The notes beneath the pieces are model-generated. The model was not told where the DNA came from and did no database searches. It saw only the letters and a program-made list of their open reading frames with translations. A stretch of 62,985 bases of DNA, filler included, from Collodictyon triciliatum (lineage: Eukaryota): NCBI GenBank assembly GCA_043381765.1. It is 6 parts of 6 records of this genome, joined end to end, with 100 filler letters (N's around TTAATTAATTAA, not from the genome) between each part and the next. Parts side by side here need not be neighbours in the genome. Positions count along the whole stretch, not along the records: positions 42,800 to 54,834 come from JBHJMP010002253.1; positions 54,935 to 62,985 come from JBHJMP010002267.1; 4 more parts are not named here. The stretch is one strand, 5' to 3'. Of this stretch, positions 48,764-62,828 are shown in pieces. The translations under genes and the position numbers were made by a program. Numbering within the stretch: the stretch's first letter is position 1; every line of letters begins with the position of its first letter.

Positions 48764-50152
48764 CCGAGACCATGTAAATACCTGAATACTTGACAGTACC
48801 TTTGTCGTTCCTTTGTAGAGTTTGACTGATTGATCTGAATGCCTCGTGTGTCTGATCTTCCTCAGCTGTGGAGACTCTGTTTAGTCAAGTTATGATTAGC
48901 CTATGCGTCCCTCTGCCGGCAGAGGTCGGACTGCTTTTGTGTACTTGTCTGCAGTCAGAGAATACGGTCCCAACACATGGACTGTTTCTCGAGCGTGCAT
49001 TCTCTGTCAATCCCAAGCCGTAACGACAAAAGTAAAAAACAAAACATATATCCAAACACCAGTCGCACGTCGGGGATTACGCTGGTGCACTCTTGGCTGC
49101 TTGTTTTTTTTTCTTTCATGACTGTTGCTTTGTTGCTTTGTTGCTTTGTTGTTTTTTTCTTTCATTACTGTCGCTTTGTTGCTTTGTGAGTTTTCAGATC
49201 GATTACGGGTTTTCCGTGCAACGCACTCACTTTTCTTCCCTCCGTCCTCCCAAAGTCGTCAATCCATAATTGGTTGTTTTATTACCGCATTATTCGTTTC
49301 TGTTGGAGATTTTGGAAAAATTCTATGAAATTGTACAAACAATGATACTTTTTTACAATAAATGCTCGAATCGCAAGTAACAATTTTCAGAATTAGATAT
49401 ATTCTTTGAAAATCCGTTTTGAATCCAGGAGAGGTTTGTGCGCGTATGGTAGTAATTCCACACATGGATATTTTCCTACGTCACTCTGACGCTCGTCCAT
49501 ATGTGGCCGTTCAATGCGCATCCATGTCGAGGGTGGAAGCTCCCGCTTGCGCCTGGACATAGACTTTGGGGCATTGCAGGTTTTGGGGAACGAACAAGTT
49601 TTTGGGTTGCACAAAACATAATGTCCCTTTTTGCCCAAAAGGCTCAACCCCTTGAACCCAGCGAATAGGCTTTAGGTGGTGCGCAAATATAATGCTTCAT
49701 TATTGTTTCTTTTTTTGTTAAACGCTTTCTCATATTTTCTTTTCTTTTTTCTTTTTAGACTTTAGAAGTAATATGTCTAACAGCAATAAAAAAAAAAAAA
49801 AAGGTGTGGTCTTGATATAATTAGGAGGAAAAATTACAAGGTCTAATCATTTTTTTTTAGACGGTGACACATACATAATTCGATAGCGCTATTTTCTCAA
49901 TGGACTCGTAGCTAAAATTACATCAATTAATATTTCAAAGGTCAAGATTTTGTATGTAGTCTCCAGCATGTTGTGGTGTATTCCACAACCATGAAAACGA
50001 TTTGGATATTTGCTATTGCGAGATGATTTGGAGTCATAAATGAATTATCAAACGCTACATTTGAATTGAGGGAAGGGGAGAAAAAAAGAAACCGCGTTTA
50101 TTTTTTTTAAAAAAAAGTGGCAAAAAATAATTTTTTCTCCGTTATTTGCCTT

Positions 50153-53085
50153 CTACATATCGGCGTTACTTATCTCAAAATCAAGTTGCAGGGTAAAAGG
50201 AAACTCGTCCAATTGAAGTAGAAGCTCGCGAACTCTCTGACGAGCGGGCCCATCCCTCACGATGGCGTGCGTATCGTAAGATTTAATCAGCAAACTGTCT
50301 ACCAAAGGAATAGCTTCTGGCCATTGGGCTAGTCTTCGCTTACTATTTTGAAATAAAGGAATGATGGCAAAACGTTAAATCCCTTGGTCAAATCGAAAAC
50401 TGCAGAAGGCATCACAAGAAAATAGGAAGGACTCAAACGATATCAAAGAAAAAATTGCGAGTACATCAATCCGTAGCACACTAAAGCCCTGAATTTGATA
50501 TCTTTCTTTGAACCAAATCCGTCAATCGCTTTGACAGCGTTGACACCCTCCATGATGCTTGTGCGCTCAGGAGGCTCGTCAGAGGTAACTAGGTATCCAC
50601 ATATGTCATCAATTCCCATCGACAAAAAAAAGGGTGGCAAAGAGAGACATACTTAATATTCTAGAACGCACCTTATTAGACAACAATAAATTAAATAAAA
50701 TTAAGAACAGTAATAATCTCTAGATTCAATTTCATAAATCCACATTTCCGAAAATAACTGTATTCTACGTTACACAATCTGTTGCATAATATCACGAAAA
50801 ATAAATATAATAGTAATAGTAATATGACATGTGCTACTTTTTACTGCAACCTCGCTAATAAAAGCATACCACTTTGCGAATATTTTTCGAGGAAACCAAA
50901 TGCATGAAATCGCGTTGAGTTGCGATAATCTTTTGCACCGTAGTGAAATATCTTCATCAGAGCCATAGACAAAGCCCCTCGGACTAGAATATGTATTTTT
51001 GGGTTCGAACCATCTTTTCCGAATTCGAACTGCAGAGAATTTTTTTTAAAAAAAAAAATCTTAGCTATAAGGCATGAATGTATGAAACCTTTTATTCAAT
51101 TTTATGAATATTGAATGAATGTTTGAATTGGTTTTCATTCATCGACTTTTGTATTGCTTGGATTAAGAAATAAAGCCAGAATACTTTGTCTTCGGCTGTG
51201 CTAAATCCATCACGAATATCAGATACAGCTTTTTCCAAGTTCTTCAAAAGTTCTATTTTCATTTAAAGTTTGTATATTACATATAGATATGTAAGCAATA
51301 TAAAAAAAATCTAGTTATCATCACGCTATACCAATTTGTATGTGATATGCAAATATAGTGTATACTTGTCCTTGTTTCTATTCTAATTTTTTCTTAAAGA
51401 GTAATATTTGATACATAATTAACCTGTTTTCTTGTCCAATGTTAACTTATTGGGGAACATTGGGGCTACAACAGGGGTTACAACTATATCTAAATAAATA
51501 AATAAATAAAAAGTATGATTATTAATGTAAAGTTTTAATTTGGAGAAATGAAGACTCAATATCATTTTATTATTCAAATAATTTATTTATTTATTTATTT
51601 AACCAAACTTTGATAGATTTATGGTAACCTGATGCACTTGAGTTTACAGTAGTGCTGGAAGACAAAATATTGGGTGTGGAAGGGACAGACAATAACTGTG
51701 CTGACTGTGTAGGTGAAGTTGCCTCTTTAATAAGTCGAGATTTGGATTGCTGTGGTTTCAGCTTACGCAAGGGAGTTGGCGATGCTACTTGGCTTTGTAT
51801 GCTGATAGCCAGTGGGCCAGGTACTGTTGTGTTCTGATTAGCTGGGGTTTCTACCTTATGGATAATCTGATTATGAGGTTTGGGAATGTTCTCAATCGGG
51901 ACTGATGGAGGCTTGGATGAAGTTGATGAGGATGTTGAAGAAGAAAGTTGTTCTTTTTGAAGCACAGCCAAGTCCTTTTCCAGTTTCTCGATTCGCTCTA
52001 ATAGTGGTTTCGTTGCTGTTTGAATAGCTTGGTCGATTAGATTTTGTATCTGGGACATGTCCATCTGTAGAGTATGCTGCCCCGTAAAATTTACCGGCGG
52101 GTGTGTTGTTGAGCTCGATTTCGACGATATTGAATCCCGAGGTTGAGAATTAGACGAAGTGGCTCCTCTGATGCTCGTTTCACTAATTGCTGGTTTATAA
52201 CCAAATATTGGATCGTTTTTGGCTGTTCCGTTCTCCTTTTGCTTTTCATTTTGTTTAGCTACTTTGGCCTCATTCCTGATTCGAATCTTTTCCTCTCTTT
52301 CACGAACCTCTTTTTCGTGTTGTTCTCTGATCTTTTCCTTCTTTTCATGAACCATTCTTTCTCGAACCTCCTTTCTCTTTGTCTCAACGGCAGACCCATA
52401 AATGAGTCGGACAGAATGAGCCCTATAGAGAGCCTGCAGTATGATGATTCTTTTTCGCCTTCTAAGGAACTGGACTCTCGCAACAAACATCTTCATAACT
52501 AAAATATAATCATTTGAGAAGAGTAAATGAATACTAGCTTTTGGTTTTGTTCTTTCTCGTTATCTTGTTATCGTTTGCTATATATATAAACAATACATGT
52601 AATAACTTTAGAAGCTGCCAGCCTTCTTCGGATGATACGAATTTTCCTGATAATTCGTGAAGTTATAGCTGTAACTAGTTTCGACACCACATAAAATAGG
52701 TGAAGAGCCCTTATTTGTCTTAAACGAACCGATACTAGATAAATCAATATAATATCGCATTTCAAACAACAGTATTTTTGGTGGCATTTACAATATGGGA
52801 TAGAATATGCCAGATATTATTATTCATTTTTCCTTCTTATTCATGATTATCATAAAAAAACAAATTACTCCTGTAATATCCGCGAACCACTGTTAGTATA
52901 CGCTTCCATCTCTTTTTAACCAACCATTTTTTGACTCTAGCAGCAATAGCTGGAGCTATTTCCTCGTACTCATTCGATCGAAGCTCATCCAGAAAGGCAA
53001 GCTAGAATTCGGATACGTTATATAGCACTGGGTGAGATGAGAGAAGCCATGAATCTGAGATATAATCTCTGAGGTATTAGATATA

Positions 53086-53166
<81 letters not shown>

Positions 53167-54653
53167 GATCTGTTGCATAAATCTTTGGCATATTATACTT
53201 TTCCGGCCCTGAAAAATATTTTGGTCACACCCAGCTGATAGTCTTTCTTGTCTATATCTAAAGCCATTAGGAGCGCCTCGCAAAAGGAGGCAGAGTCTAA
53301 ATCATCCATGACTGGGGGCATTAAATCACGATATCTGCATGAGTCAAGGGAAAGGTGATTGATTAGTTGATTTGTTTCAATCAAAAAAATCTAATTCGGC
53401 ACATGCATATATGATGGTTTGGTAATGCATGATTATGGAGATATATATATACCGATCGTGCAAATCCTCGAATGGACATCTTGTTGGAAATCCTGTATGC
53501 ATTAAACGAAGTGCTTCCATCATCCCACTGCACCGGAGCTGTTCCAACACCATCTTTCCGTCGAATTTTCCAGACACTTGTTCAGGATTCGGTTTAACGC
53601 AACGAATAAAGTGGGATGCCGTTTGGTTAAGATCTTCCATAAGCTCAGTCAGTTGTTTCTAAAAATAATAATAATAATAATAATTGTAAATGTAGAAATA
53701 TATTAATGATTAGTGTCTTAAAAAGAGTGATAGAGGCTGTTATAATAAACTATAACTCATACAATTTACAAGATATGAGGTAGTAAGTCATACTGAAATA
53801 AAAAAACCAAAAGGAAGTGAAAATGTAAATAGGAAGGATTAGGAATATAATCTGGGATGAATTATGCTTCTCATTACCACAAACTTTGCTCCAACAGTGT
53901 TAACTCTCTTTTGCTGGCCTGTCAAGGTTGGTGTTGCAGCAAACATGCTTTTTAATAATGGTATCGACGACGAAACCATAGCTGCTTTGAGGCCTTCCTC
54001 TAGATTGTCATTATTCTTTTCTAAAAATCCTGTTGTTGTGTCGTATATGACCTTGGTAAAAGACAAACTCGTAATTAGAAGGTGATCGGAATTCGAAACA
54101 TTTTTTGATTGAAATGTCCACAGCATATCCGATTTCGAGAGATGGTGTGCACAGACAATTTAACTGAATGTTTTTTTTTCTTTCAAAAAAATATGAGGAT
54201 AAGGGTAAGGGTAAGGGTAAACATAAGTATAAGTATAAGTGTAAGTATAATCTTACTTCTCCAGCAAAATGTTTGATGAGGAATGATTCATCTTTTCGAA
54301 GAGTTTGGGTCTTTGACATCTTGGGGAGTTTTAAGAACGGATTTTTGCCGTGTTTATTATGCACGTCTTCTGTAAAGGATTTGTCTGATCCTTTGGCTAG
54401 GCTTCCGGCATTGTCAAGTAATGAAAATATGCCGCTTTGTTTCTGTGTTAGAGATATGGCTAGGTTATTTCCAAATAATGTCGATTTGTTTCGTATAATC
54501 ATTTATATGACATCTTTTTATTATAATGTGACTACTTATAGGATATCAAATGGTCCGAAAAAATACCTGTCCAATTAAGTCGATGCAACCCTGGTTATCA
54601 TCGTATTCGATCCGAGTAAATTTAATGCCCTCTCGGGTGTAAATGTCTTGCTC
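50153..54653 (-). CDS. Myosin heavy chain, myosin-VI-like motor with IQ-like neck, charged helix and C-terminal RUN-like domain (5' part of motor missing)
   Basis: Motor motifs EQDIYTREGI, DNQGCIDLI, FLIKHFAGEV, FLEKNND, HFIRCVKPN, QLRCSGMMEAL, GFPTR, GVTKIFFRAGK. Neck IIILQALYRAHSVR. Tail ..ALMKIFHYG..KFRALVCYGL..LAQW..YDTHAIV..LLLQLDEFPFTL. Stop TAG 50155-50153. Confidence 0.88.
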
Positions 54654-54834
54654 CTGTATTTTTATGATGAGTGCTTAATATAAAATTATAGTGAGAAAGG
54701 TTTATCTTTTATCTTTTTATACATTTTTTATCTTTTTTTTATCTTTTTTTATCTTTTTTATCTTTTTTTATCTTTTTTTATCTTTTTTTATCTTTTTTTA
54801 TCTTTTTTTATCTTTTTTTATCTTTTTTTATCTT

Positions 54835-54934
54835 NNNNNNNNNNNNNNNNNNNNNNNNNNNNNNNNNNNNNNNNNNNNTTAATTAATTAANNNNNNNNNN
54901 NNNNNNNNNNNNNNNNNNNNNNNNNNNNNNNNNN
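54835..54934. other. Artificial scaffold spacer
   Basis: Same linker at 54879-54890. Confidence 0.97.
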
Positions 54935-55030
54935 AAACAAACAAACAAACAAACAAACAAACAAACAAACAAACAAACAAACAAACAAACAAACAAACAA
55001 ACAAACAAACAAACAAACAAACAAACAAAC
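54935..55030. repeat. (AAAC)n microsatellite at scaffold edge
   Basis: Directly visible. Confidence 0.95.
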
Positions 55031-55996
55031 GACCCATCTTTTGGATGAAAGTGAGACGAAAAGTTGAGGCCCTTCGAAAAGACCGCAACTTACCAAGTGC
55101 CATGTTTGTGTAGTCGACTTTGTCCAGAACCGAAGTTGCCATTGCGAAGAACCTGTTTGCTGAGGATTTCATTTTGAGCAGGATAAGTGTGGTGCCCAAC
55201 CAACAAGAGTCGATCGAAGCAGAGAAGGGAACCACATATTCGAGATCATGGCCAACTTATCTCCCAGATCATTCGCAGGTATATCCTCACAAACGCGTGG
55301 TGTGAAAGTCTTGAGACTTTACAGTTTCGATGCTGGATGTTTTACCTTCGTTGATTGTGTCTGCCGCTCTCTGTCCAGGCCGATTTGTGATTCTGCAAGT
55401 GAACAAATTCAAAAAACGTTGATGATGAAATAATATGATTAAATCTCTCAAGTATGGAAAATATAGTATATAATTAAAATATCAAATATAAATTCAGTTA
55501 TAAGCTAATTATATAGTAAAAATTACAATATAGTATTAATTATATAATATAAATCAAATTCCATCTCACGTACGAATTTTCTGTCGATTGTGGTCACAGG
55601 GCACAGATTAATCAGCACCGCGCATCCGACAACCCAAAAAACAGCGCCTTCGACAGATTCCGGGCACCAAAGACCAGATATTCGACCATATCGATCCACA
55701 TAAAGTCTATTCCTTTTCGTCCAAGGTGAGCTCTTTCCAGTAAAAAAAAAAAAAAAAAACTTGTGCGTGCCTGAAGCTATGCGCACGAAGGCAGCCAGCA
55801 CAAGTCGATTCACCAGCTAAAAAGCTCTCGTCTTGAACCAAGCCAGCAATGTATACGCCCTAATAGCGCTTGATCGTGTCAAAGTTTTACTGAAGCAGCC
55901 TGGAAATCACTTTTTCTGATTCCAACTGTTTGGAGACTAACAGGCACTCTCATTATTGTCGAAAAGATCGCCGAAGCAAGACCTAGAGAACAAACC

Positions 55997-58900
55997 ATGC
56001 AAAGCTCTCGTTTCTTTGCTGGATCCAGCAGTGAGTCTGAAGAGGAAGTCGAAGAGGAAGTGATCGAGCAGGTCCCCGATGCCGCGGCCGCCCGTGCTGT
56101 GAGTGGTTATATACGTGACTCTTGCTTCCTGTGTTGACGTGTTCTTTCCCTCTCTCTATATATATATATATATTTCCTAAGGATTTATTGAACGTACGGT
56201 TTCCTAGAAAACGAAAATACTCTTATTCTTTTTTTCTTTCTCCGTAGTCACGCCGAAAAGGTTGGGAGCTGTCTTCTTCAGATGAGGAGGAAAAGAGAAT
56301 GGTCAAGTCAGCTAAGGAGAGGGCCAAGGATGAGATCAAAGCCTTGATAGAGTCTTTGAAGGGGTCGATCAAAGAGAACAAGTGGCTCGATGTGACGAAA
56401 AGTTAGCTTTCTTTCCCCTTCATTCTTATCAAAGAGCGGTGAAATGTTCATTAACCCCTTGGTTCTTACTTTTCATATTTGTTTACTCCAAATACATTTT
56501 TCTATAGTACGATGGCCTCTGTCTTAATATTCCACTTTACCTAACTTTCACTTGTTAAAAGGATCAGACATAATAATATTTACATATCCCTTCAAAAATA
56601 CCGTTCATGCCAAATATATTTAACAATCTTATCTAATACTCGAATTGCAGACTTTGAAGACTTGCAAAAGCACTACTCCAAAGGACTGAGGACTGTCTAT
56701 AAAGAACGCCCATCATGGCTTTTTATCAGTGCGTTGAGTCATCTCGAAGAGTCACACAATGCTGTTTGGTCTGACAAAGAGGTTTTTATATGAATAGCAT
56801 AGTATTTTTTCTTTTCCCACCCAAGATTATATCAAGATGTGGATTATGGGAAATAAGTTATTCATGTGTGTAATTTTTAGAAACAAACAGGCTTCAGTAC
56901 CTCTGTCGCTAAGGCTTTCAATGCCATGCGACAAAATCTTCGCAAATACAATTCCACGTTTGACTCTCTTATCAAGCAAATCCGCGAGGTAAGCTCACAA
57001 ACCTTTGAGCACAACTTATTGGTTCACATATATATTCCGTGTGCCTAGAATCGAGACAGCTTACCCCCAATGTATGTATGTTGTGACCTATTCCTTAAAT
57101 TCATAGAATCCGTCTTTGATTGACGAGCCTGACTACGAAGATCAGCCAAGTTCTGAATCTGACTCTGACACTGAATCTGTCGCTACAGTTTCACGAGCAC
57201 CTATCAAAGCTGAAGATGTAAATGATGAAGTAATCGACAGGAAACTCGAAGATATTATTCAAAATCGCAGGCGCAGAGTACGTCAATTCTTCCTTTGGCA
57301 TTTCTCGGACACTTTTTTTCTGCTCCATAGTTCCCTTTACATTATATCGTGCGATATGTTTTTATTATACTGATTAATTTTCATGATTCAAATGAAGGGA
57401 GCCAATCAAGAAAAGTCCATTCGCCAACTTCGCTTCCTGGAAGAAAATACCTCAAACGCAGCCAAGAAAGTCAAGATTCTTTCTGTCGTCGTAGTCCTCA
57501 TCTATGATTCTAGCCAAAGAGATGCGGAGATGCGCCCCGTAACATGGAAAAGGTTTGTCCAAAGCTTGTAGACCTAAAGATTTCTCTCACTCGGTTTTTT
57601 TTTATCTTTTTGGAAACAAGACAATAAGAATACCCCCTTGAACAATCCTATGTTACGAAATGATCCTCAGAATCGCCGGAGTTATCGGTTCCATCCTCAA
57701 CATCACCGAAGCCAACCCATCCATCGTTATCGATACCACAGATGAGCTCGCTGATACAAAGTTTGGAGCCTCCGATGAAACCCAGGTTATCCCCTTACGA
57801 TCTGGACTTAAAATTGCTGATAAAAATATGAAAAAAAAAAAGACAAAATTCTAATGTTGCACGCATATGGCCAATCTCATTAATCGCAGTTGAGTGCTGA
57901 GGCTACAGAAAACGTCCGTGTGTCAACCAATCTCCTTGCTTTCATCGAAAGACTTGAGGATGATCTTGTCCGCAGCCTCCAATTTCTGGACCCACACTCC
58001 TCCGACTACGAAGACCGCCTTCTTGATGAAATCGCCTATGTTGAACTTGCATCTCGGGCCCAAAAGTACTACTCGTCAAAGAAAATGATGAAACATGTAT
58101 CACGCCTGGCTAGCAAGAGACTGGAGCATACTTATTACAAGGTATGCAAACCCTTTTAAACATACATGCGACTTTATTATTTATAAATATCAACTATGCA
58201 AGCTTCGTTTTCGTTACGCTCTCACAGCGGTCAATTCCGTGCTAACAAAAAAAAATATTATCAAGAGGGAGAAAGATTTCCCCGAGTCTGCCAAGATTGT
58301 TCCCGAGACATCTGGAATTGTTTTCAAACATGGAGACGAGCGCATTCGATACCGAGCTATTCTGTGCCAAGTTTACCACCATGCTATCAACGACCGATTC
58401 CAGCAAGCACGCGACCTGATGGTTCTGACCAGAATCCAGGACATGATTATCCAAACTGACATTCCAACGCAGATTTTGTTCAATCGCGCAATGGTTCAGA
58501 TTGGCCTGAGTGCTTTCCGTTCGGGCAGATTACTGGAAGCACAAGGATGCTTGAATGACATTTGCAACGGCGCTCGCTCAAAAGAACTTCTTGCCCAAGG
58601 AATTTCGTCGAAATATATTGAAAAGACACCAGAGCAGGAGAAGGCTGAGCGCCGCCGACAGGTCATTAGAAAAAGAAAAGGAGCTTTTCTAAAAAGATAT
58701 TTCTTTTTTTTTCTTGTATACATTTTTGTAAATGGAGAAATTGAACATCAAATGAATGGAAGCCATTTATCTCACCACATACCCTTTCTCTTCCTATCTT
58801 ACATTCACCTCTTTTCTCCCTTTTTTTTTTTTTTTTTGCGCAGACCCCCTATCACATGCACATCAACCTGGAATTGCTCGAGTCGGTGCATCTCCTCACG

Positions 58901-60422
58901 TGCGTTCTTGTAGAACTTCCCCCATTAACCGCCAGCAAGTCCTACCAACCAACAAAGTCATTCCGACGCCTTCTTGACTACTCGGAAAGACAAGTATTTT
59001 CTGGTAAGATGAATCTGCTCAGCTTTGCACTCATTTAGTTGCTATCACCTGGTGTATTGAACGCTCATACTTTGTTGTTTATATATAATTAATTTACTTT
59101 TCTTTACTATTGCGAAAAGGCCCGCCCGAGAATGTTCGTGACCACATGACGCTTGCAATGAAGTACATGACCACTGGCGACTGGAGAGCTGCTTTTGATA
59201 TTGTAATGAAGATCAAGTGCTGGAACCTCATTCCCGCCTTTGCCGAAGTGAAATCTGTGATTCAGAGGTTGGTATACACTATCTACATTTTCTTCGTGTG
59301 TTTCGCCGAGTGGGTACATTATATTTTTCTTTTTTTTACAAAAGAAAAAAAAAGATTTATAAAGATGCATCGATGTAAAGTTGAAGAGGGTGAATTCTTT
59401 CTTTTTTTTTTCAAACAAAACAACTCGTAATCAATTTTGCGCTTGGTACCACAAAATCACAGAAAAATCCAAGAAGAGACCCTCCGAACCTATCTGTTTA
59501 CGTTCAACACCCATTACTCATCTATCAAACTGGAGAAATTAGTTGCTCTCTTCGACCTTGAAGCAAATCACATCCACAGCATAATTTCCCGAGTTAATAT
59601 TCATTCATGAAACACATACGCGGACTGACCATATACATACACACTCATACACTGAATCTCTGCGCTTTTGTTCAATATCGCCTATGCCAATCCTGAATAC
59701 CTATTTTTCTATGATTTCTCTTTTCTGTTATTCAACATCACAGATGATTATCAACGACGAATTGGTAGCATCATGGGACCAACCCACCGAGAGTCTCGTC
59801 GTCCACCGCGAAGAGCCTTCCAAGCTGCAGCACCTTGCGTTAACATTTGCCGACAGAGTAAACCCACGCCACAAACCAAAGAATATTTATCCACAAACTC
59901 ACCACCAAAAGCGTACCATCACTTACGGAAAAGCAGATGGATGTGTTGAGCCCATAAATCACCTGATTTCTTTATTAATAAAAAAAAACAACAACAACAA
60001 CATTTAAACCCAACAGCTCAGCACATTTGTCGAGAGCAACGAACGCCTTCTCGAATCCCGGTCAGGCAGCGCCGCAGACGATGGGAAGCAGCGCAAGCCG
60101 GGGCGAAATGGTTTGATTCATATATGTCTCATCAGCATCGCCCCATCCTTTTATTATTTTTTTAGCTGTCAACATATAATGCAATCGCAGGATTAAAATG
60201 ATCGAAAAAGAAGGAAAATTATGGCCTAATGCATATCCCAGAAATAAAGAAAAAGAATGGAGACGTATTTATCCCACCCTCTTACCGAGTGTCAATCTGT
60301 GCTCAGATGAAGACTTCCGCCAGAATCGCTTCCGTCGCCAACAAGGCCGTCCCGTCTTCGTGCCTCAACCCGGTGCCCAAAACCGCCGCCCAAGACGCCC
60401 GCAGCCCAACCAGACTGCCTAA
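55997..60422 (+). CDS. EIF3C: Eukaryotic translation initiation factor 3 subunit C
   Basis: N-terminal MQSSRFFAGSSSESEEE, AKAFNAMRQNLRK, LQFLDPHSSDY, QILFNRAMVQIGLSAF, KELLAQG, PYHMHINLELLE, GPPENVRDH, PCI-domain KIQEETLRTYLF and MIINDELVASWDQ; 15 exons. Confidence 0.96.
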
Positions 60423-60915
60423 GCAAAGAACCGAAGCGAATCAAAGCTTTCTTTTTCCGCACTCTTTTCTTTTTTTCTCTTTCTTTTACACAAGTTTTTT
60501 TTTTCCCAAACAGCAACGAAACAACAACCAAAAAAAAAAGAAAAAAAGAGCGAAATAAAAAAAGATTTACATCGACGTTCCTCCCTGTCCTACCGGATAC
60601 CAATACCTTAATCTGGACATACGTTTCGATCTGTTCGATGCTTGTATGGTTGGCCGGAAGTCGCAGGAGCAAGCAAACAAGCACGAAGCAGATGCGCAGC
60701 AAAAGTGGCAGAAAAGCTGAGGCAATGATCGTGAACTGCTTCGCAGTGATCTCTTTGAAGAAGTGATAAAAATAAGATGTGCATCATAATATTTATTTGA
60801 AGCATTCAGTGGGGTTTGTCTTTTTATTTAATCCGATGTGATGCGATCCGAACCGATCGACTCTCATTAGAGAACCACAACCAAAAGCAAAAGAAAAACT
60901 TTTCCAGAGACAACT

Positions 60916-62828
60916 ATGACTCAGCCGAAATCCGTCGTCGTCCATCCTTTGGTTTGCTTTAGAATCCCTTTTTTCTTTTCCTTCCTTGTTAGTATTATTG
61001 TTTAATCAGAACAACTTCAAAGAAAAGCTACTCGTCTTTCTGTTTGCACTGATCAGAAAACATCATCTGTGGATGAAATTACTCGCTGTTTCTTTGGATT
61101 ATTATTATTGTCATCATTATATATAAAAAAAGAAAGAAAAAGAAAAGAGTATCTTAAGGTGAACTTCTAAGGTTTGGAATCACAGGTTCTGCTGAGTGTT
61201 GTAGACCACTACAAGCGCGTAGTTCAGAACGGCCGAAAGCGTGTCGTTGGTGTTCTGCTGGGCGAAAACTTCAAAGGAAAAGTTGACGTGACAAACTCTT
61301 ACGCAAGTTTGTATTTACGGGAAAATAACAATTTGTGCATGGGAGAATGAGATGATTTTTATTAGTTGATACTTATCTTTAGCGCTTTGATACATAACAG
61401 TCCATGGTGTTCAATTATCATCATCATTATTATTATATTATTTTGTTTGCTTATTTGCTTATCTGTAATATTATGTCAGTAAAATCTTATATGAACCAAA
61501 ACCACTGAAACAATATTTCAATCATCTTAGTTCCCTTTGAAGAAGACGAAAAGGACCCCAAAGTTTGGTTTGTCGATCATAACTATCATGAAGCCCTTTT
61601 TGCCATGTTCAAAAAAGTGAGCGGTAAGTCAACTAAAAAGCATTTTTTATTTTATTTCCTTTCATGTGCCTGAAAGATATCTGAAAATTGGAAAAAAAAT
61701 TCTTGATTTAACAAGGTATTGTTTGGTTTGACATATTTCATATACCATTAATTGACTGAATAAGTAACCTGCAATGCCCTTTAAACAGCACGCGAGACTG
61801 TTGTTGGCTGGTATAGTACAGGACCGAAAATTCGGCCCACGGACATTGAAATCAACGAAGTGTTTAGGAAATATGTCCCACATCCTCTGTTGGTTATCAT
61901 CGATGTCCAGCCCAAAGAACTTGGTCTTCCCACTGAAGCGTACCTCGCTGTGGATGACATCATCGAGGTAGCGAAAACGACTTACTTCTATGGGTTCGGT
62001 ATTGATTGACATATTATTTCACATCATAACAGGCATATCATATCTTGGATTTTAATAAATACGTAGGAATCATCCAGCTCAAAAAAGACGTTCATCCACA
62101 TTCCATCTGAAATCGGTGCTTTTGAAGCCGAGGAGGTCGGAGTGGAACAACTTCTTCGGTTCTTTTCATTCTAAATAAAATATTATTTATGCATACTTTC
62201 TTTTTCTTACTCTTATATATAATTTATCTTTAACTCAGTTTATTTCTTTCTCCTGAAAACGATTGACAATATCATCTCCATAGGGATATCACTGATGCAT
62301 CTGTATCAACCCTGGCTACACAAATTCCAGAGAAGCTCTCATCCTTGAAGGGACTGACCTCCCGGATTCATGACATCCACCAATATCTCGAGAATGTAAT
62401 CACAGAGTTGAAATTACAAACGGAAATATACATTTAGCATGTGACGTATAACTCAATAATTTTTTTTGTTGCTTTTATGAATCAAACAACTGCCTTGCAT
62501 GGTCAGGCACAAACGACTATTTGCACATTGTTCCAAGCTGATTTAAACCATCCATTGCGCAGGTATTGAACGGCCGCATTCCTATCAACAATCAAGTGAT
62601 CTACCATCTACAGGCATGCTTTCTTTTTTCCGCCATTTCTTTTCGTGAGAAAAATGATTCACGTCACGCCAAGTCCCATTTTTCTCCCTTTATATATATA
62701 TATATATTTATTGAAAGAAAAAGTAGTATTTACACATTACACACAGGACATCCTAAATCTTCTGCCCAATCTTAACATCGAAGAAATGGTGAAATCATTC
62801 GCAGTAAAAACCAATGATATGATGATAG
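60916..62828 (+). CDS. PSMD7: 26S proteasome lid subunit Rpn8 (MPN domain), 3' truncated by window end
   Basis: [96 protein letters not shown] across 8 visible exons. Confidence 0.96.

Noticed and set aside
49393-49690. 84-aa ORF or possible ncRNA/MITE between the LRR receptor and myosin
   Set aside because: Non-ATG start, no motifs, no convincing terminal inverted repeats or RNA family signature.
55095-55400. Candidate minus-strand exon divergent from eIF3c, or the missing myosin 5' end
   Set aside because: No myosin motifs, lies on a different scaffold, and the frame cannot be determined.
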